From: the human T2T-CHM13v2.0 reference genome, Homo sapiens
DNA length: 64,000 nt
Strand: one strand, 5' to 3'
NCBI RefSeq assembly: GCF_009914755.1
Contig: NC_060936.1
Both the position numbers and the translations under genes were made by a program. Shown piece by piece: positions 12,093-27,109 of the stretch. Under the pieces are notes generated by a model. It worked only from the letters and a program-made list of their open reading frames with translations, made no database searches and was not told where the DNA came from. Position 1 is the stretch's first letter. Each line of letters begins with the position of its first letter.

Positions 12093-13811
12093 AGTGCCCC
12101 AAGAATTCCATATGACAAATTTTATCTTGAATATATATTACAAGTTTTGAAATAAAGGTCCAGTGACCTTATTCAATAGGCTTGCTGCTGTTTACCGGAA
12201 TACAAAACATAAAGGTGATAGATTAGTTTTAACAGGTACCATAACAGGGAGCCAACCTCAGTCCTTAACCTGCTGAACTTAGGAGAATCAGGGAGACTGT
12301 TCTAGGCAATTAAACACCCCCTGAAACACACACGGATACATTTTTTGTCTCTTCTATTGGATAATTCATCTTATGACCTGTGGTTCTCTGTGCGACTTTT
12401 TTCTACCTAGATCAAGTGAGAGAAATAGAAGTCTTATTGAGGGTTAAAGAAGTTCCATTGGCACAATGACAGGAGACAGCCTTTGCAAACACATGTATTT
12501 CTCATTCTTCTAGCAGAGCAGTCCTTCCAAGTCAAAACAGCTGTTTGATGTGATCCCTCAGAACTTATTACATATATTATCTTACCTTTAAAAATGATAT
12601 ATTTATATATACACATATATAAACACACACACTCATATATATACACTAATAAATATATATATACATATATGTGTCTATTTCAATAATGGTTTTGAAGTAT
12701 TCTTTAAGATTAAAATAAAGTCCAGGAAGCAGAAATTTAGAATCATCAATATAGGTTAAAAAAATGCATTATCAAGAATGGGGAATGTTAAAAAAAGCAG
12801 GTATTCATATTTATTTGCTGAAATATTAGCTTATGAAATAAAGACTAAGCTGGAATTTTATAAGTATTAAATAAAAATAAAACTTTTCCAGGCCCTTTTA
12901 TAATGCCTCAAATATCAGGCAAAAATGTTTTCATTTCCTTTCTTTTCTAAGAAGAAAATAATAGTAATAACTATGATATTGAACTGCCTCTGGGATTTGG
13001 TAAAACATTATACAAAGTCCAACCTGCACATTTTTAGTTTTCATGACCTGAACTGAACATGACCTTATCCCATATTTCCAACTTCCTTTTCAAAATTGAG
13101 AAATTAGTGATTTATAACATCATGTCATTTTTGGCTAAGGTAACATATCATAAATGATGTTGCACGTTGTTACAACATGCAGAGTGTTGAACAAATATTT
13201 CTGTTCTCTTACCTCTTTCTGTGTTGTTTATTCACTTGTATTCCTAGGAGATGCCAACTCAACACAAAACTTTCTGGCATAGAGATCTTTAAATGGGTGG
13301 AAATACCCAACTACATTTTTGGTTTAGTACTTGTGCTAGCTATAGAATCCCTCAAGCCTACAGGAAGAAGCTATTAAAATGGATTCCCTACATGTTCATT
13401 TCAAATGGGTCAGAAGGTTACACAACAATATAAAACAGCACACTAGAGCTTTAAAAATGATTTCTACTTTGTTACATTTATTAATGCTAATAACTCTGAA
13501 CATTTTATAGAGGGAAAAAACACTTTACTGTTGAACAATATCATGTCCATCTGTGGACATATGGTATTTGTAAAATATCCTTATTCACAGCATTATGTCC
13601 TCATTTCTAATTTTAAAATGAAGTTTAGTTTTGTCTCAAATTTAAATGTTTCTTTATTCTCCTAAAAAAGTTATTCTTGGCATTAGCATAAAATTAAAAA
13701 GTAGATTTCATACAAAGGCATGATATATTATCCAGAAAATATGTGGAATTATAGTGTAGAAATATTTTAATAGGAAACAAGAGTAGGAATGTTTTTTAAT
13801 TTCTATTTATT

Positions 13812-15340
13812 AACTTTTAAGTTCAGGGGTAGATGCACAGGTTTCTTATATAGGTAAATTCGTGTCATGGGGGTTTGTTTTACAAATTATTTTGTCACCC
13901 AAATATTAAGCCTAGTACCCATTAGTTATTTTTCCTGTTCCTCTCCCTCCTCCCAACCTTCACCCTCTAGCGGGCCCCAGTGTCTGTTGTTTCCCTCTGT
14001 GTCCACGTGTTCTCACAATTTAGCTCCCACTTACAAGTGAGAAAATGCACTATTTGGTTTTCTGTTCCTGCATTAATTTGCTAACAAAAATGATCTCCAG
14101 CTCCATCCACGTCCCTGCAAAGGACACGATCTCATTCCTTTTTATGGTTGCTTAGTATTTCATGGTGTGTATGTGCCACGTTTTCTTTATTCAGTCTACC
14201 ATTGATGGGAATTTAGGTTGATTCCATGTCTTTGCTATTGTGAATAATGCTGCAGTGAACATTTGCTTGCAAGTGTCTTTATGATAAAAGGATTTATATT
14301 CCTTTGAGTATATACCTAGTAATGGAACTGCTGGGTCAAACGCTGTTTCTCTCTTCAGGTCATTGAGGAATCATCACACTGTTTTCCACAATGATTGAAC
14401 TAATTTACACTACCACCAACAGCGTATAAGTTCTCCTTTTTCTTTGTAACCTCACCAGCACGTGTTTTGGTTTTTGTTTGTTTGTTTGTTTGTTTGTTTT
14501 TAACTTGTCAATAATAGCCATTCTGACTGGTGTGAGATGGTATCTTATTGTAATTTGATTTACATTTCTCTAATGATCAGTGATATTGACCTTTCTTTCA
14601 TATGCTTTTTGGCTTTTGAAAAGTGTCTAGTTATATCGTTTGCCCACTTTTTGATGTGGTTTGTTGTTTTTTCTTGTAAATTTGTTTAAGTTCCTTAAAG
14701 ATACTGGATATAAGAACTTTGTTAGATGCATAGTTAGCAAAAAATTTCTCCCATTTTATAGGTTGTCTGTTTTCACTGTTGACAGTTTGTTTCGCTGTAC
14801 AGAAACTCTTTACTTTAATTAGATCCCATTTGTCAATTTTTGCTTTTGTTGCAATTAGTTGTGGTGTCTTCATCAGGAAATCTTTGCCAAGTCCTATGTA
14901 CAGAATGGTATCACCTAGATTTTTTTCTAGGGTTTTTATAGTTTTGGATTTTAAATTTAAATATTTAATTCATCTTGAATTAATTTTTGTATATGATGTA
15001 AGGAAGAGGTTCAGTTTGAATTTTCTGCACCAGGCTAGACAGTTATCCCAGCACCATTTATTGAATAGGGCATCATTTCCCCATTGCTTTTTTCAAGAGC
15101 TTTGTTGAAGATCAGATGGTCGTAGGCATGAAGCCTTATTCCTGGGCTCTCTATTCTGCTCCCTTGGTCTATGTACCTGTTTTTATACCAGTACCATGTT
15201 GTTTTGGTTACCGTAGCACTGTAGCACAGTTTGAAGTCGAGTAGAGTGATGCCTCCAGCTTTGGTCTTTTTGCTTAGAATTGCCTTGGCAATTCGGGCTC
15301 TTTTTTGGTTCCTTATGAATTTTAAAATATTTTTTCTAGT
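13812..15340 (-). mobile_element. 5'-truncated L1 (L1PA13-16-like): 3' UTR and ORF2 C-terminus
   Basis: TTTAAGTTCAGGGGTAGATG 3' end; ORF2 peptide [22 protein letters not shown] on minus; candidate TSD TTCTATTTATT at 13801-13811 and 15340-15350; internal (TTTG)n. Confidence 0.93.
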
Positions 15341-15439
15341 TCTATTTATTTCTACAAAGTGCTTTACTTGTCTATTTTATTTAAGAAAACATGCATGCTC
15401 TTTAATAAAAGCTAAGCATTTTTCTTTCATTTATTAACT

Positions 15440-15600
15440 CAGGTAATTCCCATAATACCCCTATAAAGTCGCTACTATTAGTATCACCATTTTGTGGATG
15501 AGAAAATTAAGCTACGCAGTGCTTAAGGAACATACCCAAGGTCACTCAGCTAGTGTGATGGAGCCAGTTTCAGAGCCTATACTCTCACTCCTTATACAGT
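15440..15600 (-). mobile_element. MIR
   Basis: CCATTTTGTGGATGAGAAAATTAAG...CCCAAGGTCACTCAGCTAGT core. Confidence 0.75.
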
Positions 15601-15932
15601 CACTGAAACTATAGAATTTCAAGGAAGAAAAAAAAAGGCACTCCAAAATGCTATGAAATATTATTACTTACTTTTTGTTCAGATAGTATGGAAGTACATT
15701 TACAGTTACATTTATATTTACAGTTAAACTCATGATTTCTATACAAAATTTTTCTTCAGGTTTAACACAAATATTATCATAAATTTTAGTCTGTTATGAA
15801 AAGTACATTTAAATTTCAGCTTAAAATGCATATAATACTATTATCTTTATGTACCTATCCTTTTGTTATTTGTGAAGGGTTAGATTGTATAATATCAGGT
15901 ATAAATAGGAATACTATCAATTATGGTCAATG

Positions 15933-16672
<740 letters not shown>

Positions 16673-19600
16673 TACTTGGAGGATGTGGTTGATCTTTTCC
16701 ATTTATTATCTTACAATAATCAAAATAGTCTTAGGAGCAGGTATATTTATTTCTATTTTAATTAGGAGGAAAGTAGACACAGGACAGTTAAATAAATAAT
16801 TGAATGTCACATAGACATTATTAATATTACATAAATAATGTCATATAGACATTATTTATAGACTAATATAGGATGTGAATCTGTAGTCTCACTGGAATTC
16901 CTATTCTTATATATTTGCCACATTATCTCCCATTGAATAAGCCATTGTGCAAAAAGAGTTCTCCAGAGTCAGCAAGTAAGAGAACTTTCAGTAGTATAGA
17001 TATATTTAGCCAATTTGATACATTAAGGGATTGTATCATTTCCTTATTTAACTGGACTGCAGATGTTAAGCAAGCTCTATTGGCATTGGGAGCACTTTCT
17101 GAACCCATCTATCTTTATATCTCTATACATATGTAAACATACTTCTAATAATATATTTAATCATTTTAAAGGGAAAGTTAACATATACTTATTTAAATAT
17201 ATACTTTATATTTAATAATTAATTGAAATTAAATTTTACTTATATATTTCTAAGTTTAATTTCCTCTATCATATATTTTTTCAATAATTATGGCGTTTTA
17301 GGTTATTTTGTAATGCATGAGGTGTATTAGTATAATAAATTACACACTTCTTCTGCTTTACTTGCTGTTTCTTTTGTCTGTGTTGTCTCCATTTTTAGAA
17401 AGATGGTTTGTAGCTATATTAACACAATGGCTGAATAAGTTTCTGTGCCATATTTTCATAATTTTAATCCAGCAGAAGAGGAGTTATGCTTAACCATTTG
17501 CTTCCATAAAGTGACAACACTGAAACTAAATACTTCTAGTCAGCCCAGTTTAAGCCAGGAGTCTATCTTTGGAAGTAATCTCATGGCCAGGTCAATGAGA
17601 TACATTCATTTGCCTAGTTTTAGCTCTCAAAACAGTATCTTTGAATCAGGAACTGAAACCCTTCCTGATTAAAGCATGAACTACAAGTCAGTGAGATGTG
17701 ACTTTCCAAATGAATATTATAAGCAGCTAATTTAAGTATGAAAAAGGTATTTTGATTGGCTGAAATTTATAAATGTAGCCTGTATCAGTGAACAAATTAG
17801 ATAATCACTAGTCTCTTGGAGTTTATACTCTTGTGGGTGAAGATAAGAAGTAAGTATGATAATGAAGTAGGTGAAAATAAGAGTTGATATATTGTAAATG
17901 AATTTATAGTGTAATGTTTATAATGTTTGGCAACTTTGATGTCATATTGTGCTTACTTTATGAAATATCTACATTTTCTATGAGCTGGAATATTTGTAAA
18001 ATTTAGAACTGTTAGTCAATCAAAAAATATTGATATTAAGAAAAAATTACTCATATTGATCATCAGGGTATATACAGTCCAATAGGAAGGATGAGATGTG
18101 TGAATACATTTAATTTTTAATTACACATTTGTAAAGCAGAAATGATAAATCATAATGCAATTAAGGAACAAAATATTTAGGTCTCTAATAGTTCAGAAAG
18201 ATTCCCAGTGATATAATATATGTGAATAATACAGATTTTTAATAAGAGTATGGTAGACCTCCCCAGCAGAGACTAAACAACCCAAGTGAAGAACGTCGGT
18301 TAGTTTGGCACAAACAGAAGAGAATGATGACAACTTAATCCTGTGCTCAAATAAGCAATGTGTATTTGGAGAAGGTATTTGACAATGTGCAGTATATGAG
18401 TTGTAACATTTCAATAATTGTTCATGTAGATCTTATGTTAAACAAACTTAATAGAAATTTTCCAATAATTTTAATTTGTGTTTATAGTTGAACAGAAATT
18501 CTTGGCTTACATAAACGATTTCTTTGTAGAGTGTCTTCTAAACAAAGGTGTAATGAGATGTATTGTTTTTCTTTATATTACTTTATGATGAAACTCTTAT
18601 TTACATAGTGGAAATATAGTGATTATAAAGATTTCAAAGGTTAAAAATAGCACCACATTTAAAAATAAAAATTATGTTTATTGACTATAGAAATCCATAT
18701 CTTACATAAATGACAAGTATTTTTTTCCATCAGTGAGATATTTTTATTTATCTCTTTGTTGATTTATGAGATTTGTGGCCAATGTAAAGAATATTTGTGT
18801 TATCAAGGTTTTTGACTTTTGTAGTCTTTTATCCTTTCAGAGCCATATGTTCTCTCTCAGGAAGTTAAAAGCTCAGCATTTTTTGTTTATTATATTGGCA
18901 AAAAGCAGAGGACTACCTGGACTTACTTTTCTATTAATATGCCAAAGTAGATACTCTGAGGAAATTTCTGATACAAAACACCTAAAAATTCTGGAAAACA
19001 TGTAGCAGACATTTGTTTATGCAACGACATCCTTATAGGAGAATAAGAAAAATCCCCGGAGGCTAAAATAAGAAAGAAAATTGCACAAAAACATTGCAAG
19101 CTATAGTCACACTTGCGGCATTTATTAGTTGTGATAACTAAAAGTACTGGGTTATAATGCTAGACCCTAGACTATCTAATTCCTCCATTTAAAAATGTTT
19201 CCAAAAATCTTCTTGGCCAACAAAGGCACCTGAAAAGGGAAATTATTTACCTGGTCATGGATAATATGATTAAAGGATTTCATGCTGAGGGAATGACATT
19301 ATACAGTTTCTAATTTGGTAGCACCCAGGAATAACTGACAAAAGTAAATGCAAAGGACACTCATAGACAGAGAAAATCTCAGAAAGAAAATTTAAAAACC
19401 TAGTAAAAATGATTCAAAATCCAAAATTACAAAGCACCTGAGGAGAGAAAAAATAAGTGTGGTATTTCCTAGGGGTGGGTTTCAGAAACTGGACCTCAGG
19501 CAGTGGTTGTCTCTTCCAGGAGGAGATGATATGTTTGAGAAAGTGACCTGTGAAACAGACGACTGGTGAACATCGGGAAACGTTTGGGAGTTGGTTTGTA

Positions 19601-20205
19601 CTGAGCTCTTGCACCAGTTGAATTGTTTAACACATCATCAGTATCTAAGAACATTCAGAGAGGATAAGGGACAAGGCAAAACAGAACAGAGTCATCCTTG
19701 TGAACTCTACTGTTAAATTTATCGATTACATTTTAAAGGCTATAAAGTATTGTTAATGGCATATACTTAATAGGTGTTACAAGATCCCTCCAGCAAAAAT
19801 AGTAAGAATCAATTATTGTCTTGACAACTGGATTGTTTTTACTAACATGGCTTGAAATTCTGTTTGACAGTTGGCCTCACCCCTATCTACTTGCGGGCAA
19901 GGTCCAGCCAGCCCTCTCTTTTCAGGGTTTCACAGTCTAAATAATTCTTCAGACTGCCCACCTCTCATCTCTTGGGTCTAAGAAAGCATAGCCATTGTTT
20001 CCAAGTTCAATTACTTTTAATAAACTTTCAAAAGATTTTTTAAAAATTCATATCAACTTTTATTGATACTCCAAAATATCAGAGTGGAAGTGAACAGCCT
20101 TCTTCTTCTTGGCTTAGAAACAGAGTTTTAGCTAAGTTCTACAGCCCCTAAAATGGGGACATTGACTCTTCATTTATTTTCTAAGACTTACAGAAATATA
20201 TGAAT

Positions 20206-20292
20206 AAAGAATGAGTGTTAAAAGAAAGAGAAAACAAAAGTAAACAAAAAAATAAAATAAAAATGAATAAAATAGAAAAGAATGAGTGTTAA
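20206..20292 (+). other. A-rich insert flanked by a perfect 16-bp direct repeat (poly(A)-only retrotransposition scar)
   Basis: AAAGAATGAGTGTTAA at 20206-20221 and 20277-20292 around a 55-bp A-rich tract. Confidence 0.7.
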
Positions 20293-20883
20293 TTTCTGCC
20301 ACTTTATTTCAGTTAGTGCCAGTGCAGGGAGGCAAATTTATCTGTACAAATTTATCTGTCAAATGTAAAGCTGGTTCTTTGACACTGCAATTTTCTTGAT
20401 CCTTGTTCAATTCAATCTAGTATTTGTAGGGACCATGGCTCATCTGAAAATTATGAAACTGAAGTTTCAACTTCCCAGCCTCTTAGAATATTTTAATTGA
20501 CCAAATACCATGCACACAATCATTCAACTTTTAGGCAGAATTATGAAAAGGGAAATCTTTCATACACCTTCACCAATGACAGATCTATGGCTTGATAATT
20601 AACCTTTGTTTTTTACTTAAGGGGCAAATTATCTAAAGAGAAATTGTACTGTAGGCCTAGTTCTCTGAAGAATATGTTTGATAGCTCTGTGAATATCATT
20701 ACAAAATATCTTTAAACTCAATTAATTTTCAGAAATCACAGAGTTCATAAATCACCATCTTCTTTTTATTTGTTTGTTGTTTGGCTTTTCATTATCAACA
20801 AAAGATAGGACTTTCCAAACAGCAGTTGGCTCTTTAATGTAATACAACACAGTATTATTAAAACTAAATCTAAGAATTTTTTG

Positions 20884-20885
<2 letters not shown>

Positions 20886-20915
<30 letters not shown>
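20886..20915. repeat. (TA)n microsatellite
   Basis: About 15 perfect AT units. Confidence 0.95.
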
Positions 20916-20917
<2 letters not shown>

Positions 20918-21544
20918 CTTTTCCCTTTTCACAGGATATCCTGATCCAAATAATTTCTTATTATGATTTTATACCTTAACACTTGACCAATATCTGCCTG
21001 TAAAGTAGGTGGCTCCAAATTGGGAGAAGATTCTGAGTACATTTTTCAATTCCAGTGTTATCATTTTACTACTCATTTCATGATTTCAGTTTTGAAGATA
21101 AATGAAAATTGTCAAGATACATAGCTAAATACAATAATTTATTTAAGGTTGTAGTAAATGCAAGCATGTATTATGGAGGAAGCACAGAAGTATCCTTCCC
21201 ATTGTACAGGGTTTTATAGCTTCTCTGTCTTATCATAAAGACAAAATAGGAGAAGTGTCACCACCTACACAAAGTGAGAAACTACCAGACTGGAAACACC
21301 TGCATTTGTCATTCTGTGGGTTGTTAGACACTTATATCTCTATACCAGACTATTTAAAAAGGTTCAACTTGCATAGCTGCCTGCTGATTAGCTGGAATTA
21401 TCCTATTTAAGTTTTAAATTCTCAATGTAGCCTCTATGAGGAATTTGATATGTGGTAGTATAGAGAGGAATTAAGGAGTGTGTTGTGATTAATCCCTATG
21501 TACACATGTATGTTGAAGGTAACATGACGAGTCAAGAAAAAGAA

Positions 21545-21900
21545 ATATTCGGTGGTTAGTGGTTAGAAACTCTCTGACACTACAGCAGAATTGCCTAGGT
21601 TCAAATGTTGGTTACATTCTTTATTAGCTATGTGATGGTGAGTACCATGTATAAACTCTCTGGGCATTATTTTCATCAACTCTAAATAGGAAAAATAAAG
21701 CCACTTTATTTGGTTACAGTGATTATTAAATATATATGAATAGGTGTGTATATATACACACATACAAATGCACTTGCATGCACGTGCACATGCGCACCCA
21801 CACATATACATGATGGTTGGTCTAGGAAGCACTCTACATTTGTAGTTATTTCCATGTGTATGTGTATGAGTGTATGTGTGTGTGCTGTGTAGTAGTATAG
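21545..21900 (+). mobile_element. MIR followed by purine-pyrimidine alternating low-complexity tract
   Basis: GTGGTTAGAAAC...CCTAGGTTCAAATG...ATTAGCTATGTGA; CA/TG-rich 21730-21890. Confidence 0.65.
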
Positions 21901-23034
21901 TAGCCACAATAGAATTATGTTAATGGATTTAGAGTTAAATTTAGAGTTAAATTTTGCCAGAAATTCTTGAACAAATAGATAAACAACATAAGGTAAATGG
22001 AGGACCGAAGAATGACCCATAGATATCTAGCTTGTATGATTGATGGTGTTATTATTTAAGATGGGAAAGGGTAGAGTGATGGGATTAAAAAAGAAAAAGA
22101 AACTGAAATTGTGTTTGCCTGTCTCCAAAGTCTACACTTTAAGCAATTCCTACTACTTGTCTTTTCTATATGCTATGGCAAGTGGCCTCCTTTCATAGTT
22201 AAGCTGTGACGGCCAAGGAGAAAGGGAGTTACTTTTTACAATGCACCCCTTTCCCAAGGACACATTGAAAAAACATGAAATATACATGAAATAAGTGTGT
22301 TAATTATGCAAACAGAGCTTCAAAATAAATTTCCTACCTCCTTTTCAAAATACACAGCTGTTCCTTAGTGTTTTCTCAGACATAAATTTTGCATCCACTA
22401 TTCCCGCAAAGATCACAGATTCACAGAGAAAATTATCTGGAATAAGGACGACAGGCTATCCAAAGAAGATAATGTATGTAGGGTCCATCAGAAATTCTGT
22501 TAATTGGACCAAATGACATTGCTAATATTTGGGTTTTTTTTTTGGAACAGCAAAAAAATAAAGTCTCATATAGTTCAACCAACAGGTGTTGCTGGTCAGG
22601 TGATTTTTCTGATCAGTCTAATAGCTATCATCTTACAAACAAGTCTCTTCTACATTCTGCCATCATTATTATTTTTTTAAAAACTATTTGACTCTATTTT
22701 TTTCTGCGTATATTTCTTCTGCTCTTTCCTTTATCAATAAATGAAATCTCAACATATATTTTTGTGTGATTTCCCAAAGAAGAGAATCAAACCAATCCAA
22801 CTATTTTCCTTCTTGGAGCAGACATTTCTTTCCAGATACAGAATTTTTGCTTAATTTCAAAATGTATTAACATTTAGTGTTTGTAATTATTAATATTTGG
22901 TATTTTCATTCAATATTCTAATGATATCAAAGACAACTTTAGAACATTTTTAAGTAAACTTGGAAAATATAAATTAATTTTTTAGCCACTAGGTGACTTT
23001 TGACAGCAGCAAATTGCTTGGTAAAAATTTTTTC

Positions 23035-23175
23035 TGAATTTGTTATATATATATAAATTCAATATATATACACACATATATGTATGAATTTGTTATATAT
23101 ATAAAACATACATATATAGATACATAAATATATAACAAATTTATACATATATGTATATATGTATGTATTTTATAC
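23035..23175. repeat. TA-rich low-complexity region containing a 27-bp inverted repeat
   Basis: Arms 23074-23100 and 23128-23154, 26/27 complementary. Confidence 0.85.
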
Positions 23176-24085
23176 ATGAATAGTGTACATTTTCCAAGCT
23201 TTAAACTAATTAATCACCTTAAATTGTTTCTTTTTCTATTTTTAGTCTAATTACATGGATAATAAACTTTACCCTTATGTAAAACATTTTCCCTATAAAC
23301 AATTTCACATTTTCAATTTTTTCTACCATCAACATTAGTAACTGTGATTTAATTAATAAACTCTTTCCTAGTGCAATAGAAGCAAGACCCTGACTGTTAA
23401 ATCAAAATTTACTAAACTATTTTACAAAATAAAACTATCAGATGATTTCTTGAAAAAGTTAAGCTTTATTAAGCAAAACAACACATAAGTATTTTGCACT
23501 GAATTTTTTGAAGAGATTAAATCAGTCCTTGGGTCAGTAACTTCTATTTTATTCACCATTAATATGATACAATGTGATGTGAACTTTCTATTTTCTATAT
23601 ATTAATATCAACTTCAAGTAATGTTTTGTTACTCTGTACATCTGAATTTTGTGGTTTTGAGATGATGTAGCAGAGATCAGGAAAATGCCAGGAGAGACTT
23701 ACTGATTTATATTGCTCTCCAAGGCACTGGCCAATGTGCAAAAATAAAATTAAAATAAAAAATAAAATTGGAAGTTGAATAATCCAAATCCAATTTTGCA
23801 TGATGTAGTAGGATTTCAAGTGCTTCAAGAATCCCAGGAGCTAGGCTGACACTCCTGAGCATCCCGGGAAGTTGGAGCATCTGTCTTCTAACCTGCAAAA
23901 GAGATATGGATTTTTGCCACATCTAATTAATAGATTTTATTGTAATTCAAATGAGTTAATGATTATGAAATAGCAGCAAAAACTTGGAATCATAACAAAA
24001 ATATACTTTAATATTGATTATTCATGAGGAAACATAGAAAGACAAAATGACTAATTATTATAGACTATCATCTTTAAAAGTTTCA

Positions 24086-24720
24086 TGCTGTGATCTGAAT
24101 GATTGTGTCTCCACAAACTTCATAGGTTGAAAAGTTAATTTTCAAAGTAATGATATTAGGAGGTGAGGTATTCTGGGAGATGACCTTGAGTGTCATCCAT
24201 GTCTGATTTAGATGATATTCAGATGAAAGTCTGGACTTTAGACTTTTGAATTGATGATGGAATGAATTAAGACTTTTGGAGCTATTGAGGTGACACAAAT
24301 GTATTTTGCATGTGAGGAGGACATAAATTTGGTGGGTTAAGGCCTTGAATGCCATGGTGTGAATGTCTATATCTTCCAAAATTCATATATTGACATCTTA
24401 ATCCCTAAGGTGATGGTATTAGGTATTAGGAAGTGGGACATTTTGGGAATTGTGTCATGAGGGTGAAACCTTCAGGAATGGTTGCTTACTACCCATATAA
24501 AATAGGCCCAAGGGAGGTTCTTTGCCTCTTTCCTTGTGTAAGAACACAGTGAGAAAATGCCCTCTGTAAACCAGGAAATGGGCCCTCACCAAACACTGAC
24601 TTGGTTGTACCTTGATCTTGGAATTCTCAGCCTCCCGAATTCTGAAAAATACATTTCTGTTTTTTATGAGTTACACCGTTTAGGGTATTTTGTTAAGAGT
24701 AGCCCAAATGGACCAAAATG
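24086..24720 (+). mobile_element. MLT1A-type MaLR: partial 5' LTR, 3' end of internal region, full 3' LTR (24350-24720)
   Basis: Two LTR starts (TGCTGTGATCTGAATG at 24086; TGCCATGGTGTGAATG at 24350) separated by the MaLR-int end (GTATTTTGCATGTGAGGAGGACATAAATTTGG). Confidence 0.8.
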
Positions 24721-26494
24721 GTCCATATACCTCTTTCTTTGAAATTCTATGGAGAATATTTTATAAACTTGAATACAGTGGTTAAACTAATCACTTACAG
24801 GTTCTAATTGATAGTCTGACTCATTCCTATTGCAATTTATTTCAGTTGTGTGGTTCTCCACTCATGCAAATGCAAAACAGTTGGTCACCTTTACCAAATT
24901 ATGCACACCACTTCATTTCATACTATTATTAGATCTCTTTAGCTGTCTTTTGTCTAAGTCAAGGGAATCTAATTTCTTTAGTTTGTACTCACTAACCTGA
25001 TTTTCCAGCTGTTTAATCATCTCCTTTTTCTTTCCACTAAACCCTGCTCATTTTTTTCTTATTTTTACTTATTTCCACTGAGTTTGAGGCACTGAATTTA
25101 GAAACACTATTCAAATAATGACATAATTATTGTGACTTCTCCAAATTTCTGGGTAATATAATTTTTAATGTTGGAGACTCATACTTGATTGATCACTTTA
25201 ATTGGTAGCCATTTATTTTTAAAAATAAATATTAGTCATTTGCTATAATCTATTCCCACAAAGTAAGAAAGTGTATATAAGCCTCATAGAGATGAAAGGA
25301 TATGGTATCAATTTCTTACATTACTTCACATGTAAATACCTTGTAATTTTGCCCCCCAGCTTAGCTCCCTCAGGGTGGAAATAAATGGGTGGTCAGTAAT
25401 ATTACAAAAGGCCTCACATTTATTGTTCACTTATGGTATAGTAAATATATAAAATACATGCTGAAATAAAATCACATTTTTAATGACAATAAGGAAGCTT
25501 TTTATGAAAAATAATTAATACCATGATTATTCGTTTAGCAAAACACAGATTCTTTAGTTCAATTCTAAGGGAGGTACATGGTCAGTGGGGGCTTCATAAT
25601 GTCCTTACAAAGTTATTATAATTATTTTTGAGTCCTTCTTGGACTTTTCTTGTCTGAATAGAAGTTCATTCACACAGTTGGCAGCTTATAGATAATGAAT
25701 TAAGTGTTCAAGTTGTGAATTCTGATAAATAACACATTCCATAAAGAAGCCAAACCAAAAATGTTGCTTTTTTTGAAATAATAAAAAATAATGGAAAAAC
25801 ATGTATTTAATATGTTTGTAATATATTACACAACAATAATCAAATGAACAATCCCAACCAATTCATATAGGTCTGTATTTCACTTCATAGCTTATAATTA
25901 TATTTACTCAAATTACATTGTGAATTTGTAAAACATAAATTAAATACCAAATATTTTTGGTAATAGTTTAAAGAAAATACACTCCAGTAATAAATTTTTC
26001 ATATAACTAACTGAAATTTTAAATTTTGTTTTGATTCTGTAAGGCTTAACAGAATAGTAAGGGTATCTTCATGAATGAATTTTTATAGACAATAAAACAC
26101 AATTCTTACAACTAACATGATTATAAAATTTCTACATGAGCCATTATGAGAACAAGTTTCCAGGAAATTTTTAAAAAGTGCCAAAAAAAGAAACCAGTAT
26201 ATAAAAGAACAGAAATAAGTAACATATGTATTATGGAAATACTTTCACTGCTTTTTAAAATGTTTCTTTGGTGTTAGACACAATATTTATTTTTAGACCT
26301 TCCAGTTTTAAGTGGCACAATCAAGAAAAAATTTTCACCGTCTCTTTCAGAATGTTTGAATAATATTAGGAGATATCTGTAATCCCAAACTATAATACAA
26401 AAAGAAAACTGGACAAATGCAATGAAGGTTAAGTGGAGGTATGGAAAGTCCATAAAGTTGACAGTGTTGAACTTCACATGAGCCCTGAAAACAG

Positions 26495-26995
26495 CAGTGG
26501 TTAAGAAATCCCCCCAACCTTTCCTATTATGGAAATGGCTTACCACAAAGAACTATCCTTCCTCATGTGACTACTTAGACTTACTCCCCATTCTTTTTCA
26601 TGGTTGTCATAACACATATAGATATCTCCCTGCTTTCCTGTGACAAGGCTGAACAGATATCTTTCTCATTTTTTCTGAACCTAACAAAGACAGGCAAAGA
26701 CCCTTTAACTTCCCATTCTTTGTCTGATGAATGTTTAGCTGAACTGTTTTTTCCCTCTAAACGAGCTAGACACATAAATATTTCTTGTTTAGTTGACTCA
26801 CAGGGACGTTCCTTGGTTGCAAAATCAATCCCAAATTTAAGTCATCTCAACTATACCTTGTCTACCGCTCCTTATAAAAGTGTAAGGCAAAACATCCTGC
26901 TAAGATACTCTGTTCTTCAGATCTGAGGTGCTATGCCTATTACCATAGCCTGGGTAAAATAAAATTCTTTACTTGTTCGGTTTCTGTCCTTAAAA
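26495..26995 (+). mobile_element. ERV1-class solo LTR (MER67-like)
   Basis: LTR layout with TATAAAAG at 26873 and AATAAA at 26958; TGACAAGGC...TTCCCATTCTTTG...TTAGCTGAACTG recalls MER67. Confidence 0.5.
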
Positions 26996-27109
26996 GAGGG
27001 AATATTCAAAGATGTGCATCTTATAAAATGAGACAGATGGGATTTCTGTGCATGACATTCAAGAGCACAGAGACATTAAATTATAAATCTCATCTATAAC
27101 ACTTAGAAT

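Noticed and set aside
19440-19640. GC-richer patch as a possible exon or DNA transposon
   Set aside because: No convincing splice-site pair, terminal inverted repeats or family match that I can support.
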